Assembly (NCBI GenBank): GCA_965207065.1
Contig: OZ242260.1
Location: forward strand, 4,320,001-4,384,000
Direction: 5' to 3'
Length of the DNA stretch: 64,000 bases
From: a bacterium
Lineage (GTDB): Bacteria; UBA8248
The position numbers were made by a program, and so were the translations under genes. The number at the start of each line of letters is the position of its first letter. Position 1 is the stretch's first letter. This document shows positions 47,712-60,044 of this stretch, piece after piece. Under the pieces are notes generated by a model that saw only the letters and a program-made list of their open reading frames with translations, searched no databases and was not told the DNA's origin.

Positions 47712-48965
47712 GTGAGCCAAGACGATTCTCCCAAAAAGATATATTACGGCTGGTACATTCTGGCCGGCTGTTTCTTTATGATGTTTTTGGGATTGGCGAC
47801 CAGAAATTCATTCGGTCTTTTCTTAAAACCGATGATTGCGGATTTCAACATCAGCCGCGCCTCATTGTCGCTCCCCTTTTCTCTTTGCCTGATTCTATAC
47901 GGCGCGTCCCAGCCCTTGGGCGGGCTCTTGATGCGCCGCTGGGACCCCAAGACGGTCATCATCTGGGGCTCGGCGTTGACGACCATCGCCATGCTGGGAA
48001 TTTACCAAGTCGACTCCCTTTGGGGCGTGTATCTGTTTTTCGGCATCCTGTTGGGAATCGGCGGAATCGGCAACAGCGTGACGGCCTTCACCCCCTTGGT
48101 GTCGAACTGGTTCCCGGACAGGCGGGGGCTGGGCATGTCCATCATCAGCGCAGGCTCGAGTATGGGTCAGCTCATATTGCTTCCCGTCTTCGCGTATATG
48201 ATCGGCTTTCTGGACTGGAGGACGACCTCGCTCGTCATCGGCATCATTTTCGTGTTCACGCTGATGCCCATTTCGATATTCCTTGTCAAAAACTCCCCCT
48301 CGTCCAAGGATGTCCCCCCGAGCGCGCCCAATTCCGGCAACGGCGTTAAGATGGTCGTCCCGTATGATCTGCACTGGGTCCAGTGCCTTCACAAAATGCC
48401 GTTCGTCCTGTTGCTCACGAGCTTTTTCACCTGCGGCTTCACCGTGACCGTCGTTTCCGTGCACTGGGTGCCGTTTGCGACGGACGTAGGATTTTCCGCA
48501 ACCGTCGCGGCTACATCATTCGCCCTGGGCGGCGGACTCAACACCCTGGGCGTTCTGGCCGTCGGTCCACTATCGGACAAAATCGGCAGGAAAATCCCTT
48601 TGAGCCTGATTTACGCGTTCAGAGGGCTCGGATTTGTCCTGTTCATTTTCTTCAAAAATGATTTCACCGTCTGGGCCACGCCCATGATCATCGGCCTCTC
48701 CTGGATTGCGACCGTTCCGCTCACTTCGGCGCTGACGGGTGATTTCTTCGGCTCCAGAAACGTGGCGATTCTGTTCGGTCTCATCACGTTCAGCCACCAA
48801 CTCGGCTCGGGTTTGAGCGCCTGGCTGAGCGGATACATCTATGACGTGACAGGAAGCTACAACCTCGCATTCGCACTGGCCGCCTACCTTTGCCTGCAGG
48901 CTGCCGTGATAGTCACTTTCATCAACGAAAAAGAGGTCCGAATCACTCAAGTGGCAACTACGTAG
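47712..48965 (+). CDS. MFS transporter
   Basis: YYGWYIL start, about 12 hydrophobic helices, WFPDRRG, GPLSDKIGRK. GTG start at 47712. Confidence 0.9.
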   Translation: MSQDDSPKKIYYGWYILAGCFFMMFLGLATRNSFGLFLKPMIADFNISRASLSLPFSLCLILYGASQPLGGLLMRRWDPKTVIIWGSALTTIAMLGIYQVDSLWGVYLFFGILLGIGGIGNSVTAFTPLVSNWFPDRRGLGMSIISAGSSMGQLILLPVFAYMIGFLDWRTTSLVIGIIFVFTLMPISIFLVKNSPSSKDVPPSAPNSGNGVKMVVPYDLHWVQCLHKMPFVLLLTSFFTCGFTVTVVSVHWVPFATDVGFSATVAATSFALGGGLNTLGVLAVGPLSDKIGRKIPLSLIYAFRGLGFVLFIFFKNDFTVWATPMIIGLSWIATVPLTSALTGDFFGSRNVAILFGLITFSHQLGSGLSAWLSGYIYDVTGSYNLAFALAAYLCLQAAVIVTFINEKEVRITQVATT

Positions 48966-49099
48966 CGCTATTGGAATGGAATTCAGAAAACCGCACAACA
49001 TGAAGTAAATATACAGATTTGCCACCTTAGGTTTCCTTTGCAATAATTCCAACTCCTTCAGGCGAAGCTGGGCTTCGCCTTTAATCTTTTGGTGATGAA

Positions 49100-50443
49100 A
49101 TGGATTGCAACTGCTGGTTCCAATGCATAAACCCAGAATGCGAAGCGACATACTCCATTTTCGACTCCGTTTATCTGTGTCGCGAATGTGAGAGCCTCCT
49201 CGAAGTCACGCACGATCTGGAAACACTGCGGATGCGGAGCGCGTCGGAGTGGCGTCATCTGTTCGACGACCGTTACCAGCGCAACATATGGCCGTACGGC
49301 AGCGGCGTGTGGGGCAAGAAAGAGTGGGTTTGCCCACTGATTGGTGATGAGAACATCATCTCCTTCTACGAAGGGGGGACGAACCTATTCTGGGCGAATC
49401 GTCTGGGCCGAGAACTCGGAATCGGTGAGTTGTGGATCAAGCAATGCGGAAACAGCCATACCGGATCTTTCAAGGACCTCGGCATGACGGTTCTCGTATC
49501 CGCCGCGCAGCAGATGATGGCCGACGGGAGAAAACTTCGCGCCGTCGCCTGCGCATCGACGGGCGATACCTCCGCCGCATTGGCCGCGTACGCAGCAGCG
49601 GCCGATATCCCTTCAATCGTTTTTCTGCCGCGAGAGAAGGTCTCGGTGGCGCAACTCATTCAACCCATCACGAACGGCGCCGTGGTGCTCGCTATCGATA
49701 CGGATTTCGATGGTTGCATGCGGATCGTGAAACAAGTGTGCGAGGAGCAGGGAATTTACCTCGCCAACAGTATGAATTCTCTTCGGATCGAGGGTCAGAA
49801 AACCATCAGTATAGAACTCGTCCAGCAGTTCGACTGGGAGGTTCCCGACTTAATCATCATTCCAGGCGGAAACCTGGGAAACGTGAGCGCGCTGGGCAAG
49901 GGTTTCATGCAGATGCGAGATTTGGGACTTATCGACAAGCTGCCCCGCATCGTTTGCGCCCAGACGGAAAAGGCCAATCCCCTCTATAGGAGTTTCATGA
50001 CCGGATTCCGCGAATTCCAACCCATAGAGGCCGAATCGACGTTGGCGACGGCCATCCAAATCGGGAATCCGGTGAGTATCGAAAGAGCCATCAGGACCCT
50101 GAAAGCATTCGAGGGTTCCGTGGAACAGGCGAGCGAGGAGGAATTATCCAACGCGGCTGCCCGCGCGGATAGAACCGGGATGTACAATTGCCCACAAACC
50201 GGCGTGGCATTGGCTGCTCTCGAAAAAATCATCTCACGCGGAGAAATTAACCCCCAAGACCGAGTGGTGGTCATCTCTACGGCTCATGGGCTGAAGTTCA
50301 CCGAATTCAAGGTTAATTACCATCAAAAAGAAATTCCGGGCGTTGACAGCCGCTTCGCCAACACTCCCATCGAGCTTCCTGAAGACATCAACATGGTTCA
50401 AGATGCCATTGAGAAGAAACTGGGCGCACTATCCGTAGGCTAG
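49100..50443 (+). CDS. thrC: Threonine synthase (plant-like long form)
   Basis: [11 protein letters not shown] (PLP lysine), [36 protein letters not shown]. Confidence 0.93.
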   Translation: MDCNCWFQCINPECEATYSIFDSVYLCRECESLLEVTHDLETLRMRSASEWRHLFDDRYQRNIWPYGSGVWGKKEWVCPLIGDENIISFYEGGTNLFWANRLGRELGIGELWIKQCGNSHTGSFKDLGMTVLVSAAQQMMADGRKLRAVACASTGDTSAALAAYAAAADIPSIVFLPREKVSVAQLIQPITNGAVVLAIDTDFDGCMRIVKQVCEEQGIYLANSMNSLRIEGQKTISIELVQQFDWEVPDLIIIPGGNLGNVSALGKGFMQMRDLGLIDKLPRIVCAQTEKANPLYRSFMTGFREFQPIEAESTLATAIQIGNPVSIERAIRTLKAFEGSVEQASEEELSNAAARADRTGMYNCPQTGVALAALEKIISRGEINPQDRVVVISTAHGLKFTEFKVNYHQKEIPGVDSRFANTPIELPEDINMVQDAIEKKLGALSVG

Positions 50444-50475
50444 CATTCGTTCAGTTTCTTTTTTTCGCTCTGCTC

Positions 50476-51651
50476 ATGAAACAGGAGATGAGTGCATTGT
50501 CGAAAAACATGAGAAGAGACGAGCGAAATCAGGCGAATAAGTCGCTCGCCCCGCCAATCTTCCAGACCGCAACGTTCACTTTTGATGGTTCGGACGATCT
50601 GGCCGCCTTCCACAGCGGCGAGACGGGCGCGTTTTTCTATTCTCGATACGGAAATCCGACGAACGAAGCCGCCGAACGCAGGCTCGCCCTCATCGAAGGC
50701 GCGGAAGCCTCTTTGTTGTATGCCAGCGGCATGGCGGCCGTCTCATCTGTATTTCTCTCGCTCCTGGCCCCTAATGCGCGAATCGTCATCCCGCAGGAAA
50801 GCTACAGACACACAAGGGACATCGCGGAGGGTCTCCTCACTCGCTACGGTGTACGCGTCGATATTCCGGCGGAGAATACAGCGGTATCTCTCGAAGCCCT
50901 TCCGGACGGGCCAGTCCGTGTTCTGTTCGCGGAAATTCCATCCAACCCCACGCTCCGCATACCGGACATCGCGAAAATGGCCGAATGGGCCCGGCTAAGA
51001 AACGCCAGGTTTATCGTTGATTCGACCATCGCAACTCCCGCTCTGTTTCGCCCGCTGGAGCACGGGGCCGATCTAGCGATTCAAAGTGCGACGAAATACA
51101 TCGGCGGCCACAACGACGTCGTGGCAGGCGCGGTTTCAGGCGGCCGGGACATCATCGACGCACTGCGCGAGCAACAAGCATTACTGGGCTCCATTCTCGG
51201 GCCGCAGGAAGCGTTTCTGGTAGATCGGGGACTCAAAACGCTCGAACTACGCGTCCGCCGCATCAGCGACACGGCTCTCAAACTGGCCGAATTTCTCGAA
51301 GGCCACTCCAGGGTCTCCCGGGTTTACTACCCCGGCCTAGAATCCCACCCGGACCACGCGCGGGCAACCGAGTACATGTCGGCGTTTGGCGGGATAATCA
51401 GCTTTGAGCTTGATGGCGACCCCGAGATAGCCGACGAGTTGGTGAATGTCCTCCAAATTCCCGTATTCGCTCCCGGCTTCGGCGGAACGGAGAGTCAAGT
51501 GGAGCATCACGTGAAGATGGCGTATGCGGACATCGGAACAGAAGGCGCCGAGATCCGGGGCGTTTCAGCCGGGCTGATTCGATATTCGGTGGGGCTCGAA
51601 GATTTCGAGGTGTTGAGAGACGACCTCGGCGAGGGACTCAAAAAACTATAG
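50476..51651 (+). CDS. metB: Cystathionine gamma-synthase (Cys/Met PLP family)
   Basis: YSRYGNPT, SGMAA, DSTIATP, SATKYIGGHND, LIRYSVGLED. Confidence 0.82.
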   Translation: MKQEMSALSKNMRRDERNQANKSLAPPIFQTATFTFDGSDDLAAFHSGETGAFFYSRYGNPTNEAAERRLALIEGAEASLLYASGMAAVSSVFLSLLAPNARIVIPQESYRHTRDIAEGLLTRYGVRVDIPAENTAVSLEALPDGPVRVLFAEIPSNPTLRIPDIAKMAEWARLRNARFIVDSTIATPALFRPLEHGADLAIQSATKYIGGHNDVVAGAVSGGRDIIDALREQQALLGSILGPQEAFLVDRGLKTLELRVRRISDTALKLAEFLEGHSRVSRVYYPGLESHPDHARATEYMSAFGGIISFELDGDPEIADELVNVLQIPVFAPGFGGTESQVEHHVKMAYADIGTEGAEIRGVSAGLIRYSVGLEDFEVLRDDLGEGLKKL

Positions 51652-51653
51652 CG

Positions 51654-52286
51654 TCAACTTTTGCCGCCCGTTGCGCGCTTAGGATTCTGCGTCGTAAGCC
51701 AGCGGGTGCGCACCCACATTTTCTTTCCCGCCCATCGGCCCGATTTGACCTCCACACGAGTAAAACCGCGACGGTCGCCGGAAATGACGGTTACACGCGT
51801 TCCTGGTTCCAGCCTGTAGGGATAGCGGGAGCCGCGCGGCACGTCATAGCCACCCGCATAACTCAGTGACAACCCCCGATACGTGCGGCGGATGTATCTC
51901 TCGCCCGCAAATCTTTCGCTTTGACGGACAGGTTTCAAGGCGGATTCCTTTACGCGCGCCGCCTTTGGTGAAACCATCGTCGCCTTGGGTTTCGCCTTTA
52001 CTTCATTCACCGCTTTCTCAAAATTCGATACCGCGTCACGAAGCTGCAATTTGAACTCGTTCAATGACTTTCCATGGTTCGCCAGGATTTGCGTGTGCGC
52101 GAGAAGCTGGCCGCGAATCGACTCGACTTTCTTTTTGCTTTCCTCTTTTTCCTCCTGGTAGTCGGCTTGCATCACCACCAAGCTGCATCCGGAGAGAGCG
52201 GCAATCAGGACGCTAAAGCACACCATGCGCCATGCAAAATACCTTATGCCCGGTGATTTCATTTTCCGCTCACGCATCCAGCTCAT
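51654..52286 (-). CDS. Hypothetical lipoprotein with a coiled coil and an SH3-like C-terminal domain
   Basis: Lipobox LSGC, charged helical middle region, LEPGTRVTVI...TRVEV..G.W...MWV tail. Start uncertain; the ATG at 52286 overlaps the upstream stop. Confidence 0.65.
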   Translation of the reverse strand: MSWMRERKMKSPGIRYFAWRMVCFSVLIAALSGCSLVVMQADYQEEKEESKKKVESIRGQLLAHTQILANHGKSLNEFKLQLRDAVSNFEKAVNEVKAKPKATMVSPKAARVKESALKPVRQSERFAGERYIRRTYRGLSLSYAGGYDVPRGSRYPYRLEPGTRVTVISGDRRGFTRVEVKSGRWAGKKMWVRTRWLTTQNPKRATGGKS

Positions 52287-53116
52287 ACCGGATACCATCC
52301 TTCAATAGGCGGCATTACGACCAACTCGCTGCTCAACGCGACGACTCCATCATATTCTCCGGAAATTGATTCAGCCAATTCTTTTTCTTCATCGCTGTTG
52401 ACGCGCCCGTGCAAGAACAGTTCTCCCGGTCCGAGACACTCTACGACAATACCGCTCGCATCGATTCGCTCATCCGTCATGATTGTAGCTTTGATCTTTT
52501 GCGCAAAAGCCAGATTCTTGAGCTTTTGAGAATCCGATGGCCTTACTTGCGAAAATTGCTCGCTTTTCAGAATGTTCACCAGCAAACGAACCGACGTATC
52601 TTCGTCGAACAGTCCGGTATTCAATATGATGTCGAAGTGGCTCGGCTCTCCCCACCTGACATCGAAAAAATGCCGCGTATAAGCCATTCTTTCATCGTCA
52701 TTGTGGCGTATGAACTGCTCCGCCATAGAAGGAGTTATCCCCTCATTCTTCACCAGCGTCCGTTGGCGATAATCTCTTGGAGCCACGATACGCGCCCGGA
52801 ATATGCCCTCGATTCCCTCCAGGAGGATATGGGAGCCGCGGCCCAATATGACGAAATCATTTTTCAAGGCCGATTCATAAACGATGGCGCGCATGATATC
52901 GAGATACACCAGTTGCCTGTCACGGAAAAAGCGGTCTATCAAACCGGGCTTCCTCTCATCCACCTGCTCGAGTTCGGCTCGAACATAACCATATGATTGC
53001 GCGGCATCGGCAAATCCGTCGTTGTCCAACAAGGCCCATCCCAATTTTTGGGCGATTTTCTTCGCAATAACATCACCACCGCTTCCAAGCTCTCTCGAGA
53101 TTGTCAGAATTCCCAT
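52283..53116 (-). CDS. Cytidylate-kinase-like protein with a C-terminal BON domain
   Basis: TISRELGSGG, VILGRG, FDIILNT, then a BON-like LHGRVNS...GV segment. Confidence 0.82.
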   Translation of the reverse strand: MGILTISRELGSGGDVIAKKIAQKLGWALLDNDGFADAAQSYGYVRAELEQVDERKPGLIDRFFRDRQLVYLDIMRAIVYESALKNDFVILGRGSHILLEGIEGIFRARIVAPRDYRQRTLVKNEGITPSMAEQFIRHNDDERMAYTRHFFDVRWGEPSHFDIILNTGLFDEDTSVRLLVNILKSEQFSQVRPSDSQKLKNLAFAQKIKATIMTDERIDASGIVVECLGPGELFLHGRVNSDEEKELAESISGEYDGVVALSSELVVMPPIEGWYPV

Positions 53117-53300
53117 TTTCAGCCCTCCAGACTAAGGGTGGCGACTACTAGAGGCGGGATGGTCACGCATCACCATCCATTCATATCATTTGCTTACAAT
53201 TATTACATACAACACTTTTATTCATGGCAGGACAAGTGTTCAGTTGTTCAAGCCATGAAGATGCGGCGAATATACACATTCATCCGATCGCTTTCGGGCA

Positions 53301-55043
53301 TCATTTGCGGCTCGCCCTCTTGAATTTTTCCAATTGCAGACGAAAATAGCGACTTCCGGGATCTAATTCAATCGCCCTTTGAATGAGCGGAAGCGCCTTC
53401 ACCGATTCTCCGTTGCGATAATATAACTCCGCCAGCGTATCGAGATACGCCGGCGTATCAGGTTGGAGTTCTAGCGAGCGTTTCGAAAGTTTGATCGCAT
53501 GAACCAAACTTTCCTTATCCTTTCTGTGAAACCACGCCAACCGATTCAACGCTGGCGCTGAATTCTTATCTATCTCAAGCACCTGCATGAACACCTTCTT
53601 CGATTCTTCAGGCTTCCCGGCTTCCCAAAGGAAAACACCTAGTTCCACCAAAACGCGAGACGAACGGGGGTTCTTCTCCAACAAATCCACAAGTATTTTA
53701 TGAGCGAGTTCTTTCCGTTCCCTCGATTTATGAAGATTTGCGATGCGGATTTTCATCTCGATGTCGTTCAAGTCCAGTTGGCCCGCCTTTTCATATAGCG
53801 CAATCGCATCCTTGTCTCGACCCTTGGATTCCAAAAGGGCACCCAAACGTATATATCCATCCAGCCAATCGGGCGATAAAGAAACAACTTTCTTATAAGC
53901 GCGTATTGCTTCGTTCCTACGGTTCATTTGAACCAGGGCGGCGCCCAGCAAGAAATGGAACCTCGCATTTTCCGGTGTTTTTTCGATAGCGCCCCTGAGC
54001 AGGTTCACTGCCCTCGTCGGCTCTTTTCCGGATACAAAGCGCTCTGCATTGATTAAAACCTGGGTTGGATCCAATGCCTCTTGCGCAGGTACGACCGAAT
54101 CGGGCCGTACCGTTCTGACACGGGATTCGACGATTTGGAGCCGCCTTTTCAGGACGATGTCTTCGGGTTCACGCAGAAAAGCTTCTCTGTATATTTCCAG
54201 TGCTTTTGAGAGTTGCCCACTGCGAACATACAAATCACCAAGCAGGATCATCCCTTCGATGTGCCCCGGAGTACGTTGGAGCAGAGATTTTATTTCACGT
54301 ATGGACTCAGCAGTATGATTTTGCTGCGCTAGTATTTTCGCCAAGCGGTACCGGGCCAAATTCTGGCGGCTGCTCTTGAGCGCCAAAGCTTTTCTCAGAC
54401 TGTCTGCAGCTTTTTCGAATTCCCCTTTGCTTTGGTGCCGAGTCGCCTCTGCAATGTATCTTCTTTGTTGTTCTTCTAACTGAAGCTTCGGATTGTTCGG
54501 TTCGCTGGAACCCAGCCAGTCACTAACTCTCGCTTCCCACATTGTGTCGAGGCGCTGCCAGATGTAACGAAAATAATCTGGAGATTCGCGAGAAATCGCC
54601 GTAGTGGCAACACCAGCGGCCAGAAACAACACCAATCCAGCCGCAAGTTGCAGGCGCCTTTTCGATATCCACGGTTTGGGCACAGGGGTCGCAGCGACTT
54701 CGGGCATCATCAATCTACCCTCAAAGCTTGCTTCTGGATCAATATATACTTTACGGGCCGTCACATTCCCCTCATGAAAGCACCCGGCTTTGAATTCAAC
54801 ACGATTCGCCACGAAAATAGAACCTTTGGTATGGCCTTGATTCACCAATTCTTTCGTATGTATCTCACCCGCGGCTTTACCCGTCTCCGTAATCTCAAGA
54901 TGACCATCACCATGGAGTTCGCCTTTGAACTCGCCTGCCACGAGAACTTTGCCCGTGAAAAGCAGCGAGCCTTCCAGGCACACATTCGCTCCGATGAAAG
55001 AGAGATTCGACTGTGGCCTGCCATAGATGCGTTGGTTTTGCAC
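53301..55043 (-). CDS. Bactofilin-transmembrane-TPR fusion protein
   Basis: The N-terminal ~110 aa read as a bactofilin beta-helix (IGANVCLEG...GEFKGEL...GEI...ASFEGRL). One TM helix follows, then many TPRs ending ALNRLAW...YLDTLA. Confidence 0.82.
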   Translation of the reverse strand: MQNQRIYGRPQSNLSFIGANVCLEGSLLFTGKVLVAGEFKGELHGDGHLEITETGKAAGEIHTKELVNQGHTKGSIFVANRVEFKAGCFHEGNVTARKVYIDPEASFEGRLMMPEVAATPVPKPWISKRRLQLAAGLVLFLAAGVATTAISRESPDYFRYIWQRLDTMWEARVSDWLGSSEPNNPKLQLEEQQRRYIAEATRHQSKGEFEKAADSLRKALALKSSRQNLARYRLAKILAQQNHTAESIREIKSLLQRTPGHIEGMILLGDLYVRSGQLSKALEIYREAFLREPEDIVLKRRLQIVESRVRTVRPDSVVPAQEALDPTQVLINAERFVSGKEPTRAVNLLRGAIEKTPENARFHFLLGAALVQMNRRNEAIRAYKKVVSLSPDWLDGYIRLGALLESKGRDKDAIALYEKAGQLDLNDIEMKIRIANLHKSRERKELAHKILVDLLEKNPRSSRVLVELGVFLWEAGKPEESKKVFMQVLEIDKNSAPALNRLAWFHRKDKESLVHAIKLSKRSLELQPDTPAYLDTLAELYYRNGESVKALPLIQRAIELDPGSRYFRLQLEKFKRASRK

Positions 55044-55239
55044 GAGTTCTTCTCATAAAAAGTGTGATTGAAAAGTTCTCAATCAATCCACACGTATCAA
55101 TATATTACCAAAATGTTGAAAACTTGCGCCAATTCATATTTGACGCCTACCCATGATTTTGTCTGTGTGAAATATGACCAGGAGCGAGCAGCAAACGAGC
55201 GAAACTTATGACGTAGGGATGATCAGACGAATCGAAACT

Positions 55240-56073
55240 CTATTGTACGCCGAGGCGCGCAGAATCTATCGCCCGCAACGAGGCGAGAAGAGAATCAAGG
55301 TCTTCGATATCCATCATGTTTGGGCCATCGGATAATGCCTCATCCGGCTTGGGGTGACATTCAATGAAAAATGCGTCGACGCCCACGGCGGCAGCGGCGC
55401 GAGCAAGATGAGGAACCATGCTTCGATCCCCTCCCGAGCTTTCCCCGAGTCCGCCCGGCGACTGAACGCTGTGCGTCGCATCGTAAACGACGGGATATCC
55501 CGATTCACGCATCTTCACGAGCGAACGCATATCGGAGACCAAATTGTGGTAGCCGAAGCTGGTCCCTCTTTCAGTAAGAAGTATCTGGCGGCAATTCACT
55601 TCTTCGAGCTTGCCTACGACGTTTCTCATGTCCTCGGGCGCCATGAACTGTCCTTTCTTGACGTTCACGGGTTTACCCGTTACTCCTGCGGCATGAAGGA
55701 GGTCCGTCTGACGGCATAAAAAAGCAGGAATCTGAAGCGCGTCCAGCACATGTGACGCTCTTTCGGCTTCTTCAGAGCTATGAACGTCCGATATCACCGG
55801 AAGCCCTGTCTCACGTCTTACTAGATCAAGTATTTCCAATCCCTTCTCGATACCGGGTCCACGCGGTGATTTTCCTGAGCTGCGATTTGCCTTGTCATAA
55901 GAAGCCTTGAATACTCCACCGATACCGCATTTTTCTGTCGCTTCTTTTACTTTGTCAGCGCATTTTCTGGTTAATTCCTCATTTTCGATCACACAAGGCC
56001 CTGCGATGACACATATCGTTCCCGGCTCGCCGAAGGCCACATCTCCGATTTTTACTATCTTCTTTTCCGACAT
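55240..56073 (-). CDS. kdsA: KDO-8-phosphate synthase
   Basis: IAGPCVIE, KASYDKANRSS, QIPAFLCRQTDL, KKGQF, DATHSVQ, SDGPN. Confidence 0.97.
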   Translation of the reverse strand: MSEKKIVKIGDVAFGEPGTICVIAGPCVIENEELTRKCADKVKEATEKCGIGGVFKASYDKANRSSGKSPRGPGIEKGLEILDLVRRETGLPVISDVHSSEEAERASHVLDALQIPAFLCRQTDLLHAAGVTGKPVNVKKGQFMAPEDMRNVVGKLEEVNCRQILLTERGTSFGYHNLVSDMRSLVKMRESGYPVVYDATHSVQSPGGLGESSGGDRSMVPHLARAAAAVGVDAFFIECHPKPDEALSDGPNMMDIEDLDSLLASLRAIDSARLGVQ

Positions 56074-56123
56074 TCTTTATCTTTTCCGAGCCTGATGCCG
56101 CATGAACGGCAAGAAAGAACGCA

Positions 56124-58546
<2,423 letters not shown>

Positions 58547-58567
58547 GCTCTCCACCCATGACGCCGT

Positions 58568-60016
58568 CTAATACGCATTGTTGTTTATCAGCCCTTTCCA
58601 GAGGGTAAGCCATAATATCTTGAAATCGAAACCCAAGGACCAGTTCTTGATATAGTGTAAATCGAATTCGATTCTTTTTTCTATTGACGTGTTTCCGCGC
58701 CATCCATTCACCTGCGCCCAGCCCGTTATTCCGGATTTCATCTTGTGGCGCAGCATGTAATCGGGAACGGACGCTCTGAATTTCTCCACGAAAACCGGAC
58801 GCTCGGGTCTCGGACCCACGAGGCTCATTTCACCGCGCAATACGTTGAATAATTGCGGCAACTCATCAAGACTCGTCTTTCTCAGGAATGCGCCGAACCG
58901 AGTGCGCCGCTCATCGTCTTTCCTCGTCCAGACCTCACCTGATTCCGCTTCCGCATCTATCCTCATCGAGCGAAACTTGTACATGCGAAACTGCACGCCG
59001 TCCAGCCCCATTCTTTCCTGCTGATACAGAGCGGGCCCTCGACTCGTACACTTCACGACGAGCGCAATGACCACCATGAGCGGACTGAATGCGAGCAACG
59101 CAAGGGTTCCCAGGAAGTAATCCACCACCACCTTAATCCAGCGATTCCAGCCAGCAAGAGGTGTCTGTGACAAGAGGACCACCGGCAGTCCGTCGAGTTC
59201 CTCGACCCCGGCGTTCAGCCGCATGTGTTCGACGATATCAGGCACCAGGCGGACGTCAACACTGGAGTCCGCCAGGGCTCCCAGCAATTTCTCCTGCGAG
59301 GCGTGCAAATTTGGGGGAAGCGCCACGTATATTTCATGGATTCTCTCTTGCGCTACGACTTCGCGCACCTCCTCAAGTTTCCCGAGCACGGGCGCGACTT
59401 CTGCATCGTCTCCTTCACCCAGATGCCCCACAACCTGAAAACCGAGAAATCGATACATCTCCAAATGAGCAGCGACCCTGCGGGCGATAGGCTTTGTTCC
59501 GGCGATAAGGATGCGCCGCGCGTCCACGCCCCGATTCCTCAAGCGTCGAATAAAGGACCAGGCCAGACGCCGGACCGAAAAAAGAAAAACAGGCCCCAAG
59601 ACAATGAAAAGAACAACAAACAAACGGCTGTAGCTTTGTTCGCGATAGAAAAACGTGAAGAAGGCGAACAACAATATTGTCCAAGCCAACGTGCCTGTGA
59701 GCCGAATGACCTCCTGAGGGCGATTGAGGCCTGCCCTGCAATGGTACAGACGCGTTATGCCAGAAGCGATGAGCCAAATGGGCAGTATCACGAAAAGTGA
59801 GACGAGATAGACACTGAAATCGGGATATCCGGAGTGAACGGGAATTATTTCCGCGACGAAACGCAGCCAATACGCCATGAACCAGGCCGCAATCAGCGCG
59901 ATGACGTCTGCCCCGAACAGAAAAAGCACGTTCAATTGACCGTATTTACGCAACACGACGTGATGTTCCTTGTCGGGTCCGGCCAATAGTTCCTCGTGCA
60001 ATGCACTTTCAAGCAA
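58568..60016 (-). CDS. Undecaprenyl-phosphate glucose phosphotransferase (WcaJ family)
   Basis: N-terminal TM helices, YKFRSM, LRKTSLDELPQLFNVLRGEMSLVGPRPE, GITGWAQVNG. Confidence 0.93.
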   Translation of the reverse strand: MLESALHEELLAGPDKEHHVVLRKYGQLNVLFLFGADVIALIAAWFMAYWLRFVAEIIPVHSGYPDFSVYLVSLFVILPIWLIASGITRLYHCRAGLNRPQEVIRLTGTLAWTILLFAFFTFFYREQSYSRLFVVLFIVLGPVFLFSVRRLAWSFIRRLRNRGVDARRILIAGTKPIARRVAAHLEMYRFLGFQVVGHLGEGDDAEVAPVLGKLEEVREVVAQERIHEIYVALPPNLHASQEKLLGALADSSVDVRLVPDIVEHMRLNAGVEELDGLPVVLLSQTPLAGWNRWIKVVVDYFLGTLALLAFSPLMVVIALVVKCTSRGPALYQQERMGLDGVQFRMYKFRSMRIDAEAESGEVWTRKDDERRTRFGAFLRKTSLDELPQLFNVLRGEMSLVGPRPERPVFVEKFRASVPDYMLRHKMKSGITGWAQVNGWRGNTSIEKRIEFDLHYIKNWSLGFDFKILWLTLWKGLINNNAY

Positions 60017-60044
60017 TCTTAGCTTATCAGTACCATTCTATTTC

